The notes under the pieces were generated by a model. It was not told the DNA's origin and searched no databases. It saw only the letters and a program-made list of their open reading frames with translations. A DNA stretch of 32,000 nucleotides from an uncultured bacterium (lineage in GTDB: Bacteria > Patescibacteriota > Gracilibacteria > UBA1369 > PNNO01), in assembly GCA_963704705.1 (NCBI GenBank), contig OY969931.1:720001-752000 (forward strand), in the 5' to 3' direction. Below, in pieces: positions 1-9,119 of the stretch (its first letter is position 1; each line of letters starts with the position of its first letter). The position numbers and the translations under genes are program-made.

Positions 1-1
1 A

Positions 2-643
2 ATAGCACCTGAATTTGATGAAACAAGAAAATTTTTATGGCCGGAATTTGAATTCTTTAAAAAACATTTAAAAAATAATCTGACAATTTTAGATTTTGGA
101 TGTGGAAACGGAAGACTCTATGAATTATTTGAAAATATTAATTATATTGGAATTGATAATAATAAAGAGTTTATCAGCCTTGCACAAAAAAATTATCCAA
201 GTGCAAAATTTGTACTCGGAGATTTGATTGAAATGCTTTCGCCTTATCAAGCGGATTTAATCTTTAGTATTGCAGCGTTTCATCATGTACCTTCCTTGGC
301 ATTGCGCAAAAAAAGTATTCATACTTTAAGGCAAAATTTAATGAAAAATGGCCTCCTTATAATAACTGTTTGGAACCTTTTTCAAAAGAAATATTTTAAA
401 TATATTCTTAAATCAATATTTAATTTTTTTATTAAATTTGGTAAATATGATTGGAACGATACGTTTATTCCATGGGGAAAATCAGGAATAAAAAGATATT
501 ATCATGCTTTTACACCTAGTGAATTAAAAAGATTATTTCAAAAAAACGGTTTTGAAATACTGGAAATGTTCTATACTCGTAAAGGCGAAAAAGTCCCTTT
601 TTTAAAATCTCATAATATTTGTTTAATATGCAGGAAGAAATAA
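2..643 (+). CDS. Class I SAM-dependent methyltransferase (5' end outside the window)
   Basis: The frame of the 224..643 ORF stays open back to base 2. The upstream part translates to ...NNLTILDFGCGNGRLYELFENINYIGIDNNKEF..., which is the glycine-rich SAM-binding motif I (DFGCGNG) followed by an acidic motif II (IGID). The TTG at 224 offered by the ORF track would remove the SAM-binding site. Confidence 0.8.
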   Translation: MAPEFDETRKFLWPEFEFFKKHLKNNLTILDFGCGNGRLYELFENINYIGIDNNKEFISLAQKNYPSAKFVLGDLIEMLSPYQADLIFSIAAFHHVPSLALRKKSIHTLRQNLMKNGLLIITVWNLFQKKYFKYILKSIFNFFIKFGKYDWNDTFIPWGKSGIKRYYHAFTPSELKRLFQKNGFEILEMFYTRKGEKVPFLKSHNICLICRKK

Positions 644-1419
644 AAGTAATGGATGTCCGGTTTAATAATGTATCTATGGACGAAGCATTAGACTTTATTT
701 TCCATGCAAATAAAAAAGGTTACATTTGTACGCCCAACCCTGAAATGCTTTTAGAAACACAAAAAAATCATAAGTTTTTAAAAGTACTAAATCATTCACT
801 TTTAAATATTCCGGATGGAATAGGTATTTTATGGGCAGCTACACAAATAATTAATAACGCATCAAAACTGATTGCATTATTAAATTTACCACTTATTGTC
901 TTATATCCGGGTAAATTTAAAAAAGTATTAAAACAAAGAGTAACTGGAACAGATCTTTTACAAAAAATCTGTCAAAAGGCTGCAAAAAATAATACAAAAT
1001 TGTTTTTTTTAGGAGCTGCAACAGGAGTTAGTGAAAATGCAGCTCAAAAGCTTGAACATTTTTATCCGGGATTAAATATTGTAGGAACGCATGCTGGTTC
1101 ACCTTCACAATATGAACAAAAAGAAATCATTGATTTAATTAACTCTACGGATGCTGAAATACTTTTTGTTGCATATGGAGCACCAAATCAGGAAATGTGG
1201 ATTGCCGATTCAATTAATAAACTTAAAAATATAAAAATAGCTATTGGAATAGGAGGAGCTTTTGATTTTATTTCGGGTCGAAGAAAAAGAGCACCTAAAA
1301 TCATGCAAAAATTGGGACTTGAATGGTTATTCAGGTTAATTCAGGAGCCCACTCGTATAAAAAGAATCTATAATGCTACAATTAAGTTTCCTATAGAAAT
1401 TATTAAACGACTAAAGTGA
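628..1419 (+). CDS. WecB/TagA/CpsF-family glycosyltransferase
   Basis: The C-terminal region FVAYGAPNQEMWIADS...IGIGGAFDFISGRRKRAPKIMQKLGLEWLFRLIQEPTRIKRI matches the family hallmark as I remember it (G.PkQE.w ... GvGg.fD...G...rAP.w....glEWl.Rl..eP.R..R). The start is ambiguous. The ATG at 628 overlaps the methyltransferase stop. The ATG at 649 (MDVRFNNVSMDEAL) lies 11 nt after an AGGAAG. Confidence 0.88.
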   Translation: MQEEIKVMDVRFNNVSMDEALDFIFHANKKGYICTPNPEMLLETQKNHKFLKVLNHSLLNIPDGIGILWAATQIINNASKLIALLNLPLIVLYPGKFKKVLKQRVTGTDLLQKICQKAAKNNTKLFFLGAATGVSENAAQKLEHFYPGLNIVGTHAGSPSQYEQKEIIDLINSTDAEILFVAYGAPNQEMWIADSINKLKNIKIAIGIGGAFDFISGRRKRAPKIMQKLGLEWLFRLIQEPTRIKRIYNATIKFPIEIIKRLK

Positions 1420-1707
1420 TTATTTTTTCTTTGGCCTGCCTCTTTTCTTTTTAAATTCCTGCTCTCCCCTTTCCTTCAGATTTTCAATAATAGGTTTTAT
1501 ATGTTCCAAAATCGAATTCGCCATATGTAGTGGCTTGTAAATGAATTCATTTACTTTTTCAAGAGTATCTCGTGCCAAATAAGAAGCTTTACTGACATCT
1601 CTAAGGATCGTAATCAAATAAACAGTAGCGATTGCCAAAAGAATGCCGAGCAACAGGATTACCGCAGCAAGAACGATATAAAGCAAATTGAGTGGATTAT
1701 CAAACAT
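1420..1707 (-). CDS. Small membrane-anchored protein (DUF948-like layout) with a C-terminal AT-hook-like tail
   Basis: This 95-aa ORF has one N-terminal hydrophobic helix (LLYIVLAAVILLLGILLAIATVYLITIL) followed by a helical region. The family resemblance is from memory only. The C-terminus is KKKRGRPKKK. A TTCAAT-16nt-TATAAT promoter-like element lies upstream on the minus strand (-10 at 1739..1744). Confidence 0.6.
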   Translation of the reverse strand: MFDNPLNLLYIVLAAVILLLGILLAIATVYLITILRDVSKASYLARDTLEKVNEFIYKPLHMANSILEHIKPIIENLKERGEQEFKKKRGRPKKK

Positions 1708-1780
1708 AATAATTAAGGTAAATTACTTAATCATTGTAATTATATTAGTTAATTAAATCAATTGAAACTCTTTACCTTAA

Positions 1781-1809
1781 TTGAATAATTGGCTCAAAAA
1801 TGCTATAAT
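1781..1809 (+). promoter_or_regulatory. Near-consensus sigma70-type promoter (TTGAAT - 17 nt - TGcTATAAT)
   Basis: The -35 TTGAAT is at 1781..1786, followed by a 17-nt spacer and an extended -10 TGcTATAAT at 1801..1809. It sits about 22 nt upstream of the ATG at 1832. This argues that the ORF-track TTG start at 1781 is not the real start. Confidence 0.55.
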
Positions 1810-1831
1810 TAAACATAAAATAACAAAAACC

Positions 1832-2203
1832 ATGAGTGAAATATCAACATCTAATTATGATGAAGAAAATAATATGATAGTTAAATTTGAAGAATTTATT
1901 GGCGCAATAAAACCAAATATTGTTGGATTAAAAGTTCAACAAGCATTGCCAAGAATTATAGTAGGTATACGAAGTTACTTTTTATCTTTAGGTGAATCAA
2001 AGGCAAATATACAAGAAAATAAAATTACCGGAAATGCATTAAACTTTGAAATCACAAAACAACTTCCGGATACTTATGAAGAAATTGACTTAACAGATGC
2101 AAGAATCGCCATAGCAATAAAAGATGATAAAATAATTGTTTATCAATTTATTGAAGAAGTAGGATGGCTTAACCTTGTTAATGCGGAAGCATCAAGCAAG
2201 TAA
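1832..2203 (+). CDS. Hypothetical protein (acidic, 123 aa)
   Basis: This is an in-frame ATG downstream of the promoter above, starting MSEISTSNYDEENNMIVKFEEF.... I recognise no domain. The 3' end overlaps the gatB 3' end by 12 nt (convergent). Confidence 0.55.
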   Translation: MSEISTSNYDEENNMIVKFEEFIGAIKPNIVGLKVQQALPRIIVGIRSYFLSLGESKANIQENKITGNALNFEITKQLPDTYEEIDLTDARIAIAIKDDKIIVYQFIEEVGWLNLVNAEASSK

Positions 2204-3628
2204 TTTTTTCAAAATTTCATTTATAATTTGAGGATTCCCCTGCCCTTTTGTTTCTTTCATCACCATACCAACCAAAAACCCGAATGCTTTGTCTTTGCCT
2301 GTTTTAAAATCTTCGACAGGTCCTGGATTTGCATCAATCACTTTTTTGCAAACTTCTTCCAATTTATCTGTGTCGCTTACAACTTTAAGTCCTTTTTCTT
2401 CGATGATCTCAGCTGGTTCGCGACCTGTTTCGTACATTTCATCGAACACATCACTCTTGGCCTGATTGTTTGAAATTCCCCCTTTCTCAACAAGTTTTAG
2501 AAGTTCACCCATTAATTTAGGAGTGACTTTTGATTCGCTTAATGGAATTTGATCTTCTTTTAATTTTTTCATTAAAATTGTATTGATAAATGAAACCGCA
2601 AGTTTCGGGTTATCAATCATTGAAATAACTTCTTCAAAATATTGAGCAATATATAAATCTTCAGTTAAAATCCTGATATCATCTGGCAATAATCCATATT
2701 CTCGCTCATATCTTTCACGCTTTTGAGCAGGCATTTCAGGTACAAGCTTTTTAAGTTCAGCCAATTTGTCAGAAGGGGTATGGAGCGGCGGAAGGTCAGG
2801 TTCCGGAAAGTATCTGTAATCATCACTCCCCTCTTTTTCGCGCAAAACATATGTTTTTTGAGCATCATCAGCCCAACCCATAGTTAAATCTTTTCGAAGC
2901 GGCTCATCATTGTTCCAAAGAGTAATTTGACGTTCGATTTCATAAGAAATTGCAGAATCAAGTGATCTAAAGCTGTTCAAATTTTTAATTTCCGCACGAT
3001 TATATAACTTATCTTCACCTTTTGGACGAATAGAAACAGAGGCATCAAAACGCATCATGCCTTTTTCCATATCAGCGTCACTTGAACCGCAAAATCTTAA
3101 TATATTTTGAATCTCTTTTGCATAAGCAACTGCTTCTTCAGCTGTATGCATATCAGGTTCGCTTACTATTTCCATCAAAGGAGTTCCGCACCGGTTATAA
3201 TCAACAAGGCTGCCTCCGGGAACATGCGTTAATTTACCTGCATCGTCTTCCAAATGAAGTCTTGTAACTCTTATAGTTTTCTTTTTGCCTGATTCGAGTG
3301 TAATTTCAATACTGCCTTTTTCTGATAAAGGTTTGTCGAATTGAGAAATCTGAAAACCTTTTGGAAGGTCAGGGTAAAAATAATTTTTTCTATCAAATTT
3401 ACAGTATTCAGGAATAGTGCAATTAAGTGCTACAGCTGCAATAATGCCCTTTTTAACGGCTTCTTTGTTAATAACAGGTAATTGACCCGGAAAGCCCATA
3501 CAAACTTCGCATACGTTTGAATTTGGTTCTTTATCAAAAGAATCATTATCGCATCTGCAAAACATTTTAGTTTTGGTATTAATTTGTGCATGGATTTCTA
3601 AACCGATAACTGCTTCAAAATCTGACAT
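2192..3628 (-). CDS. gatB: Aspartyl/glutamyl-tRNA(Asn/Gln) amidotransferase subunit B
   Basis: The 478-aa product starts MSDFEAVIGLEIHAQINTKTKMFCRC and resembles GatB along its full length, including the C-terminal YqeY-like tail (AFGFLVGMVMKETKGQGNP). No gatA or gatC is adjacent. Confidence 0.95.
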   Translation of the reverse strand: MSDFEAVIGLEIHAQINTKTKMFCRCDNDSFDKEPNSNVCEVCMGFPGQLPVINKEAVKKGIIAAVALNCTIPEYCKFDRKNYFYPDLPKGFQISQFDKPLSEKGSIEITLESGKKKTIRVTRLHLEDDAGKLTHVPGGSLVDYNRCGTPLMEIVSEPDMHTAEEAVAYAKEIQNILRFCGSSDADMEKGMMRFDASVSIRPKGEDKLYNRAEIKNLNSFRSLDSAISYEIERQITLWNNDEPLRKDLTMGWADDAQKTYVLREKEGSDDYRYFPEPDLPPLHTPSDKLAELKKLVPEMPAQKRERYEREYGLLPDDIRILTEDLYIAQYFEEVISMIDNPKLAVSFINTILMKKLKEDQIPLSESKVTPKLMGELLKLVEKGGISNNQAKSDVFDEMYETGREPAEIIEEKGLKVVSDTDKLEEVCKKVIDANPGPVEDFKTGKDKAFGFLVGMVMKETKGQGNPQIINEILKKLLA

Positions 3629-3651
3629 TTTATTTAAGTTAACAAAAATTA

Positions 3652-4239
3652 TTATATTAATTTTTTTGCAATTTTATCAACCTTTTCTCTGAGTTCTTTT
3701 TTCCCTTCATTATTTTTAATCACGAAATTAATTTTATTGGGTTTTTGTTGATGTTCAATGATATTCTTATGTTCCTGTTTTGTAAGACTGTGATTCTTTG
3801 ATGATCTTTCATAGCAATCATTAATACTGGTTTCAATCCATAAAATATGTGTTACATCCATTCCCAATCTTTTCTTATCAAAAGTTGTTGATTCAAGTGC
3901 AACAAATTGTGGCTTTGCTTTTTGAATCCTTTTGCGAATCTCATCAAAGACCACTGGCTGAACCAATTTCTCAAGAATTTTTAATTTTGCAGTATTGTTA
4001 AATACAACTTTTCGCAGTTTAGTTCTGTTAACTTTACCTTTTCCATTAATCAAAAATTCTTCTCCAAAAAAATCCTTAATTTTTTTCCAGCCTTCTTCGC
4101 CAGGTTCATATAATTCATGTACAACATTATCAGCATCTATAACAAAAAAATCATGCTTATTGAAAAATTTAAGTGCTGTGGATTTGCCTGAACCAAGATA
4201 TCCTGTAACTCCCAACAAAATTTCTGGTTTATATGCCAT
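3652..4239 (-). CDS. coaE: Dephospho-CoA kinase
   Basis: The protein is 195 aa with an N-terminal P-loop GVTGYLGSGKST followed by ...DADNVVHELY. Size and layout are typical of CoaE. Confidence 0.82.
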   Translation of the reverse strand: MAYKPEILLGVTGYLGSGKSTALKFFNKHDFFVIDADNVVHELYEPGEEGWKKIKDFFGEEFLINGKGKVNRTKLRKVVFNNTAKLKILEKLVQPVVFDEIRKRIQKAKPQFVALESTTFDKKRLGMDVTHILWIETSINDCYERSSKNHSLTKQEHKNIIEHQQKPNKINFVIKNNEGKKELREKVDKIAKKLI

Positions 4240-4248
4240 ATTAATAAT

Positions 4249-4659
4249 TTAAAGTTTAACACCTAAATCTTTAAGTGCTTTTTTAAAGATATTTAAATAA
4301 GATTTTGCGTCTTTAATACTTATTTGTTTACCAATTTCGTGTGCAAGTTGATTTCGTGCTTTATGCGCTATCCATAACTCATCGATATTTGTAAAAAGAT
4401 ATGGTGCAGCTTTTAATTGTTCACCAACAGATCCTTCAATTCCTTTTAATTTCAATGTATGTCCGATTAATTTATCAGCCTCCATAACAGCATGATGAGG
4501 ATCACCATTTGCTTTCTTCGTTATTTGATCCCAATTCTTTTTAATAAAATTTTGATCACTTTGAGATAATGTTTTTTTATTAGATTTAATGAAAACGTAA
4601 GCTGCCATAATAATTGCAGCTGCAGTTAAAATTAAAATTAGTAATGTTAAAATATCCAT
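4249..4659 (-). CDS. Small membrane-anchored hypothetical protein with an RNxxxH (HEPN-like) motif
   Basis: The protein is 136 aa with one N-terminal TM helix (ILTLLILILTAAAIIMAAYVFI) followed by an all-helical-looking soluble part. It carries AHKARNQLAHE (R102 at 4354..4356, H107 at 4339..4341). The gene directly abuts the upstream gene (4660). Confidence 0.6.
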   Translation of the reverse strand: MDILTLLILILTAAAIIMAAYVFIKSNKKTLSQSDQNFIKKNWDQITKKANGDPHHAVMEADKLIGHTLKLKGIEGSVGEQLKAAPYLFTNIDELWIAHKARNQLAHEIGKQISIKDAKSYLNIFKKALKDLGVKL

Positions 4660-5316
4660 TTATGTTTCTTTTTTAGCAAATTTTTCTATATTTTGTTCGT
4701 TTTGAATTTCAGTTGGTATTCCATGATTTTTAACATGTGTAGCAACCAAATCCGATAATAGCATCTTAAGGACTTCCTGATCAGCAAAATTCTTTTTAGT
4801 GAGGAATTTTTCCTGAAATTTCACAATGTTTTTTTCAGTTTTCTTTGGATTAAAGCAATCTTTTAAAGTAACCGTTGAAGGACCTCCAAGTTTTGCCAAA
4901 GTTATATTTCCATAATTAAACATTGTAGGAATAACACCTTTAATTTTATAACTGACACCCTCTATTGACTGATACTCTACCCTATCACTGGCTCTTTCAA
5001 AATATCCAGTCCATTCAACTCCAATAACACCAAAATTTGTGACAAGCCAGCAATCATAATACCAATCCTGAATCAATAAAAGTACTCTTATAAAACCAAT
5101 AACACCCCATCCAATATAAATCCAAAATAACTGCGGAAAAAATAGCCAAATTGCAAAAGGCAATGCAGCGTGAAAAGCAACTAACCTTATAAAGTCTCTG
5201 ACCATTATAATAACATGTCTATGTGAAATAAATAATATATCTTCATTATCATCTAAATAATCATCAAACATATAATTTCGGATGCGGTCTTTTATAGTTA
5301 ATTTCCTTTTTGCCAT
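4660..5316 (-). CDS. Membrane protein with a YdbS/YdbT-like bacterial PH (bPH_2/DUF304-like) domain
   Basis: The protein is 218 aa. An acidic N-terminus (DDYLDDNEDILFISHRH) is followed by two hydrophobic helices and then a beta-rich segment (RVEYQSIEGVSYKIKGVIPTMFNYGNITLAKLGG). This layout recalls membrane-flanked PH domains. The call is from memory and has not been checked by search. Confidence 0.55.
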   Translation of the reverse strand: MAKRKLTIKDRIRNYMFDDYLDDNEDILFISHRHVIIMVRDFIRLVAFHAALPFAIWLFFPQLFWIYIGWGVIGFIRVLLLIQDWYYDCWLVTNFGVIGVEWTGYFERASDRVEYQSIEGVSYKIKGVIPTMFNYGNITLAKLGGPSTVTLKDCFNPKKTEKNIVKFQEKFLTKKNFADQEVLKMLLSDLVATHVKNHGIPTEIQNEQNIEKFAKKET

Positions 5317-5371
5317 ATATTTGGATTATTTCTTTAAACATAGTAACATAATATAGCCTTAATTTAAAAAC

Positions 5372-6271
5372 ATGAAAGTAATATTTTTTGGTACACCTGA
5401 AATTTCAACTCCTTTTTTGGAAATGCTAGTTGAAGATGATAAAGTAAATGTGGTCGCTGTTGTTACAATGCCAGATAGACCATTCGGCCGAAAACAGGAA
5501 ATTACGAAAACACCTGTCAAATTATTGGCTGAAAAAAATGATATTGATGTCCTTCAACCTGAAATAATTGATGATGATTTTGCTGAAATTTTAAAAAAAT
5601 ATAATGCTGATTTCAATGTAGTGATTTCATATGGCCAAATATTACCAATTTCTGTTTTGAATACTCCCAAATATGGTTCTGTAAATGTTCATTTTTCCCT
5701 GCTTCCAAAATACAGAGGGGCTTCACCTGTTCAAACAGCACTTTTGAATGGTGACACTGAAACAGGAATTTCAATAATTAAAATGTCAGAATATTTAGAC
5801 CAAGGTGATATTTATCTCATTAAAAAAGTAGAAATCAATGATGATGAAAATTCTGAAATGCTTCTTAAAAGGCTTGCTGAACTTGGTGCAATAATGATTC
5901 CAGCAGCACTTAGAGATATTGCAGATGGAATATTAAGTCCAATCCCTCAGAATAAAAATGATTCTTCGTATTGTCATAAAATACATAAAAAAGACGCTGA
6001 AATTGATCCTAAAAAAGACAATGCAAAAGAAATTTTAAATAAATACAGAGCATTTCAGCCATGGCCTGGCATATATTTCATGTTCAACAATAAAAGATGC
6101 AAACTTATTGAGATTGAAAAATCTGACAAAAATGCTAATCCAGGAGAATTAAAAGAAATTGAAAAAGAATTAATACTTGGTACTTCAAATGGCTCTTTAA
6201 AAATAAAAATTCTTCAGCCAGAAGGTAAAAAACCAATTGATGATAAGGACTTTATGAATGGGTTTCTGTAA
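5372..6271 (+). CDS. fmt: Methionyl-tRNA formyltransferase
   Basis: The protein starts MKVIFFGTPEISTPFLEML and carries the formyltransferase core NVHFSLLPKYRGASPVQ. At 299 aa it also has the C-terminal beta-barrel-type domain. Confidence 0.9.
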   Translation: MKVIFFGTPEISTPFLEMLVEDDKVNVVAVVTMPDRPFGRKQEITKTPVKLLAEKNDIDVLQPEIIDDDFAEILKKYNADFNVVISYGQILPISVLNTPKYGSVNVHFSLLPKYRGASPVQTALLNGDTETGISIIKMSEYLDQGDIYLIKKVEINDDENSEMLLKRLAELGAIMIPAALRDIADGILSPIPQNKNDSSYCHKIHKKDAEIDPKKDNAKEILNKYRAFQPWPGIYFMFNNKRCKLIEIEKSDKNANPGELKEIEKELILGTSNGSLKIKILQPEGKKPIDDKDFMNGFL

Positions 6272-7592
6272 CAATATAGCGCCCGCTAATTGCAAATATT
6301 AAAAATAGAAGTGCCATACCATGATAAAGTGAGGCTGTATAGTGATCAAACATTCCAACTACAAATAAAGAAGTTATTGCTGCGAGCAAAACAGCTCCAA
6401 GAGTTTTAAAATTGTCTTTGTATTTTTTCATCTTAACAAAAACCCCAGTAGCAAATCCCACGAACAAACCAAGATATGTGATTGCTCCAAAAATTCCTAT
6501 TTCATTGAGCATTAACATGTAAGCATTGTGAACTGGTTGATATTGCCATGGAGCAAGTTTCAAAATTGTAAAATCCGGGAGATTATAAGTGAAATTACCC
6601 AAGCCAATACCAAAAGGATTATGATAAAAAATATTTTTACTTATTGTGAAATATGTAACTCGTTCTTCAAAGCTTGCTGAATCAGAAAATATTATTCTGC
6701 TGAAAAATGTTTGTTCAAGATTAAACAAAACTACAAAAAATATTAAAAATACTAAAATTAAAAATATATATTTTAATGGTAATTTGCTGTCTTTAACTGA
6801 GAAATAAACAAGGGCAGAAATAATGAATGCCAAAAAGGCTCCCCTGCTGAATGCCAAAATAAAAGCAGCTGCTAATACTAATAAAATCCCATATGCGATT
6901 ACTTTATTACTTTTTATTTTATAATAAGCAAAATAAATACCAGTTAGTAAATATCCGGCTAAAATATTTGGATGCGGCAATGTTCCATAAGGTCTTATTA
7001 TCTTTTCCTGATCAACATCAATTTTTGCAACACCAGCAACATCCGGGCCTATTTTCGATTCGCCGAACATTGATAAACCAATAGAACCTTGTGAGATATA
7101 TTGTAAAATTGCAATTATTGCCTGAATTGTAACAGAAGCAAGAAAAACATTAATAATTGTTTCGATTTTTACTGTTTTATTAACAATGAAAAAATAAATC
7201 AAAATAAACTGAACAATTCTTATAACAATATTAAATGCAAGCCATTGATCATGAGCAAATAAAACAGAAATTTCACAAAATATCAGGAATAAAAACAGAA
7301 TTATAAATAAAAAAGGATTTCCGTAAGTTATTTTTTCTTTATATTCGTGATTGAAAATTGAAAAAGCCCAAAATATTAATGCAAATAAAAATATAAAATC
7401 ATTGAAATAAATAAATACCGAAGTAAACGGGTTAAAATTTCCACCATCAAAAACAGCGCTGGTATATACAACCAAATTTATCTGAAAAGGCAATAAAAAT
7501 ACGAACGCATAAAGAAAAAACTTACTTAAATTTAAAGGAGTAATATACTTTAATAAGTTATTTTGATGTTTCAGTAGTTTCTTCAGGTACAT
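6252..7592 (-). CDS. O-antigen ligase / Wzy-like polytopic membrane protein
   Basis: The protein is 446 aa with about 10 or more hydrophobic segments. A central segment, ILAFSRGAFLAFIISALVYF, followed by a larger loop is typical of the Wzy_C/O-antigen ligase family. The start overlaps the upstream binding-protein gene by 35 nt, and the 3' end overlaps the fmt 3' end by 20 nt. Confidence 0.68.
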   Translation of the reverse strand: MYLKKLLKHQNNLLKYITPLNLSKFFLYAFVFLLPFQINLVVYTSAVFDGGNFNPFTSVFIYFNDFIFLFALIFWAFSIFNHEYKEKITYGNPFLFIILFLFLIFCEISVLFAHDQWLAFNIVIRIVQFILIYFFIVNKTVKIETIINVFLASVTIQAIIAILQYISQGSIGLSMFGESKIGPDVAGVAKIDVDQEKIIRPYGTLPHPNILAGYLLTGIYFAYYKIKSNKVIAYGILLVLAAAFILAFSRGAFLAFIISALVYFSVKDSKLPLKYIFLILVFLIFFVVLFNLEQTFFSRIIFSDSASFEERVTYFTISKNIFYHNPFGIGLGNFTYNLPDFTILKLAPWQYQPVHNAYMLMLNEIGIFGAITYLGLFVGFATGVFVKMKKYKDNFKTLGAVLLAAITSLFVVGMFDHYTASLYHGMALLFLIFAISGRYIVTETHS

Positions 7593-9024
7593 TGACTACA
7601 GGGTAAATTCCTTCTGAAGGCAATATAGCATTTATTTCTTCTTGTGCAATCTTCATTGCATCTTTAGCGCTCTTTGTAGCTAAAACTGCGTTGATAGCTT
7701 TTAACATTGAGTTCTTATATACATCTTCATCATAAATAGGCAAACTTTCAGCAAATCCTATTTGATCCGCGAAAACACCGTAAATCGGATCAGTTTTTTG
7801 ATCTTCGATCATGTCTCTTCGACTGGTTGGTTTATGTGTTTTATCATTGTAATGCTGAAGTGATTCTTTTTTAGTGAGGAAGTATAAGAAATCCCATGCC
7901 CAATCTGTGTTTTCAGATGTTCTTGCAACGGTTTCAACAAAATAATGAGCGTAAGCATCTCGTTTCTCAGTTGATAAGGCAGGATCACTCATTTGAGGTA
8001 TAGTTGTAATTCTTACACTGTCCGGATCAATAGTAGATAAACCGCGCGCTTTAAGTTCATTAATTTCATCAATTATTTGTTGATACATATAAGAATATCC
8101 GATAATCATTGATACTTTACCTCTAGCGAATGTTGTTATTTCTTTTGTGTCTGAATTAGCGTCTGCCAGATAGGCATTCCATGAATAGTTTTTATTTGAT
8201 GGGATTGCAAAGCTGGTGTAATAATTCAATGCATCTTCACCAGGATTAATTGGGTTTCCTGCACTATCAACACCCTGTTGTTGTGAAAAAATAGCTTTTT
8301 GGAAATTCTGATCATAAAATTGGCCCGGACTCTGAACCATTAATAAATATAATATATCAACGGCATTTGAAATATTATCCGCAAAGCCCATAGCCATACC
8401 AGAAACTTCAAATCTTTCAAAACTTTTATCTTCTTTTGTTAATTTAAACACATCTTCTTTAATCCCCTCCCATGTGGTGGCTGGCTTTCCTCTTTCAGGA
8501 ATAGCATCTTCAAATTGATCTTTATTATAGTAAAGAGCCAAAGTATCTACAGTCATTGGTAAAGCATAAACCTGTTCCTGACCGGTTTCGGGATTAGCAC
8601 GTACCAAATCATCATAAGTAACTGAAACAAAAGTATCTTCAAAAATCTGCGGCGGGATCATATTTACAGGCGCAGGTGACACTTTTTTATAATTCTTTAT
8701 AAGCCAGGTATTTGGAACAGAGAAAATGTCGGGACCTTCACCTTCAGCTAATTCATTAATTATTAAATTATAATATTCTTCAGGGTCGGTAAATTGACGA
8801 TAATTGATTTTAACATTAGGGAAAAGAGCCATATATTCCTGTATTAAAGGCTCAATTACATCAGAATCATCATATAATTTATAATAAGTTAAAGTAATTT
8901 GCGAAGTATCAGATTTTGGCTTAAATTCTTTGGTTCTAAAACATCCTGCTGCAAAGCCTATTACAAATAGCAGAATCACAAGAATTACACCGGCACCTAT
9001 AGTTAACATTACTTTTTTGTTCAT
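7558..9024 (-). CDS. Extracellular solute-binding lipoprotein (ABC-type, family 1 / sugar-binding-like)
   Basis: The protein is 488 aa. It has an N-terminal signal/anchor ending in a lipobox-like FAAGC, and Trp/Tyr-rich two-lobe-type sequence resembling sugar SBPs. No permease or ATPase gene is nearby. Confidence 0.7.
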   Translation of the reverse strand: MNKKVMLTIGAGVILVILLFVIGFAAGCFRTKEFKPKSDTSQITLTYYKLYDDSDVIEPLIQEYMALFPNVKINYRQFTDPEEYYNLIINELAEGEGPDIFSVPNTWLIKNYKKVSPAPVNMIPPQIFEDTFVSVTYDDLVRANPETGQEQVYALPMTVDTLALYYNKDQFEDAIPERGKPATTWEGIKEDVFKLTKEDKSFERFEVSGMAMGFADNISNAVDILYLLMVQSPGQFYDQNFQKAIFSQQQGVDSAGNPINPGEDALNYYTSFAIPSNKNYSWNAYLADANSDTKEITTFARGKVSMIIGYSYMYQQIIDEINELKARGLSTIDPDSVRITTIPQMSDPALSTEKRDAYAHYFVETVARTSENTDWAWDFLYFLTKKESLQHYNDKTHKPTSRRDMIEDQKTDPIYGVFADQIGFAESLPIYDEDVYKNSMLKAINAVLATKSAKDAMKIAQEEINAILPSEGIYPVVNVPEETTETSK

Positions 9025-9060
9025 ATATATATTATACTACAAATTTTTGGCTTTAACAAA

Positions 9061-9089
9061 TTGCAAATTAGACTTTTTTATAGTATAAT
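9061..9089 (+). promoter_or_regulatory. Near-consensus sigma70-type promoter (TTGCAA - 17 nt - TATAAT)
   Basis: The -35 TTGCAA is at 9061..9066, followed by a 17-nt spacer and the -10 TATAAT at 9084..9089. It lies 30 nt upstream of the ATG at 9120. The short leader has no Shine-Dalgarno-like sequence. Confidence 0.55.
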
Positions 9090-9119
9090 AGTAGTACAAA
9101 TATAAATAAATATAAAATT

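Noticed and set aside
224-643. ORF-track start (TTG at 224) for the first gene
   Set aside because: The reading frame is open to the window edge. The upstream part encodes the SAM-binding motif DFGCGNG, so the gene is 5'-truncated by the window rather than starting at 224.
2228-3267. Three short ORFs inside gatB: 2228..2473 (+), 2665..2868 (-) and 3082..3267 (+)
   Set aside because: They lie entirely within the strongly supported gatB coding region, two of them antisense and one in another frame of the gatB strand. Their translations are low-complexity and Phe/Cys-rich, as expected for shadow ORFs in AT-rich DNA.
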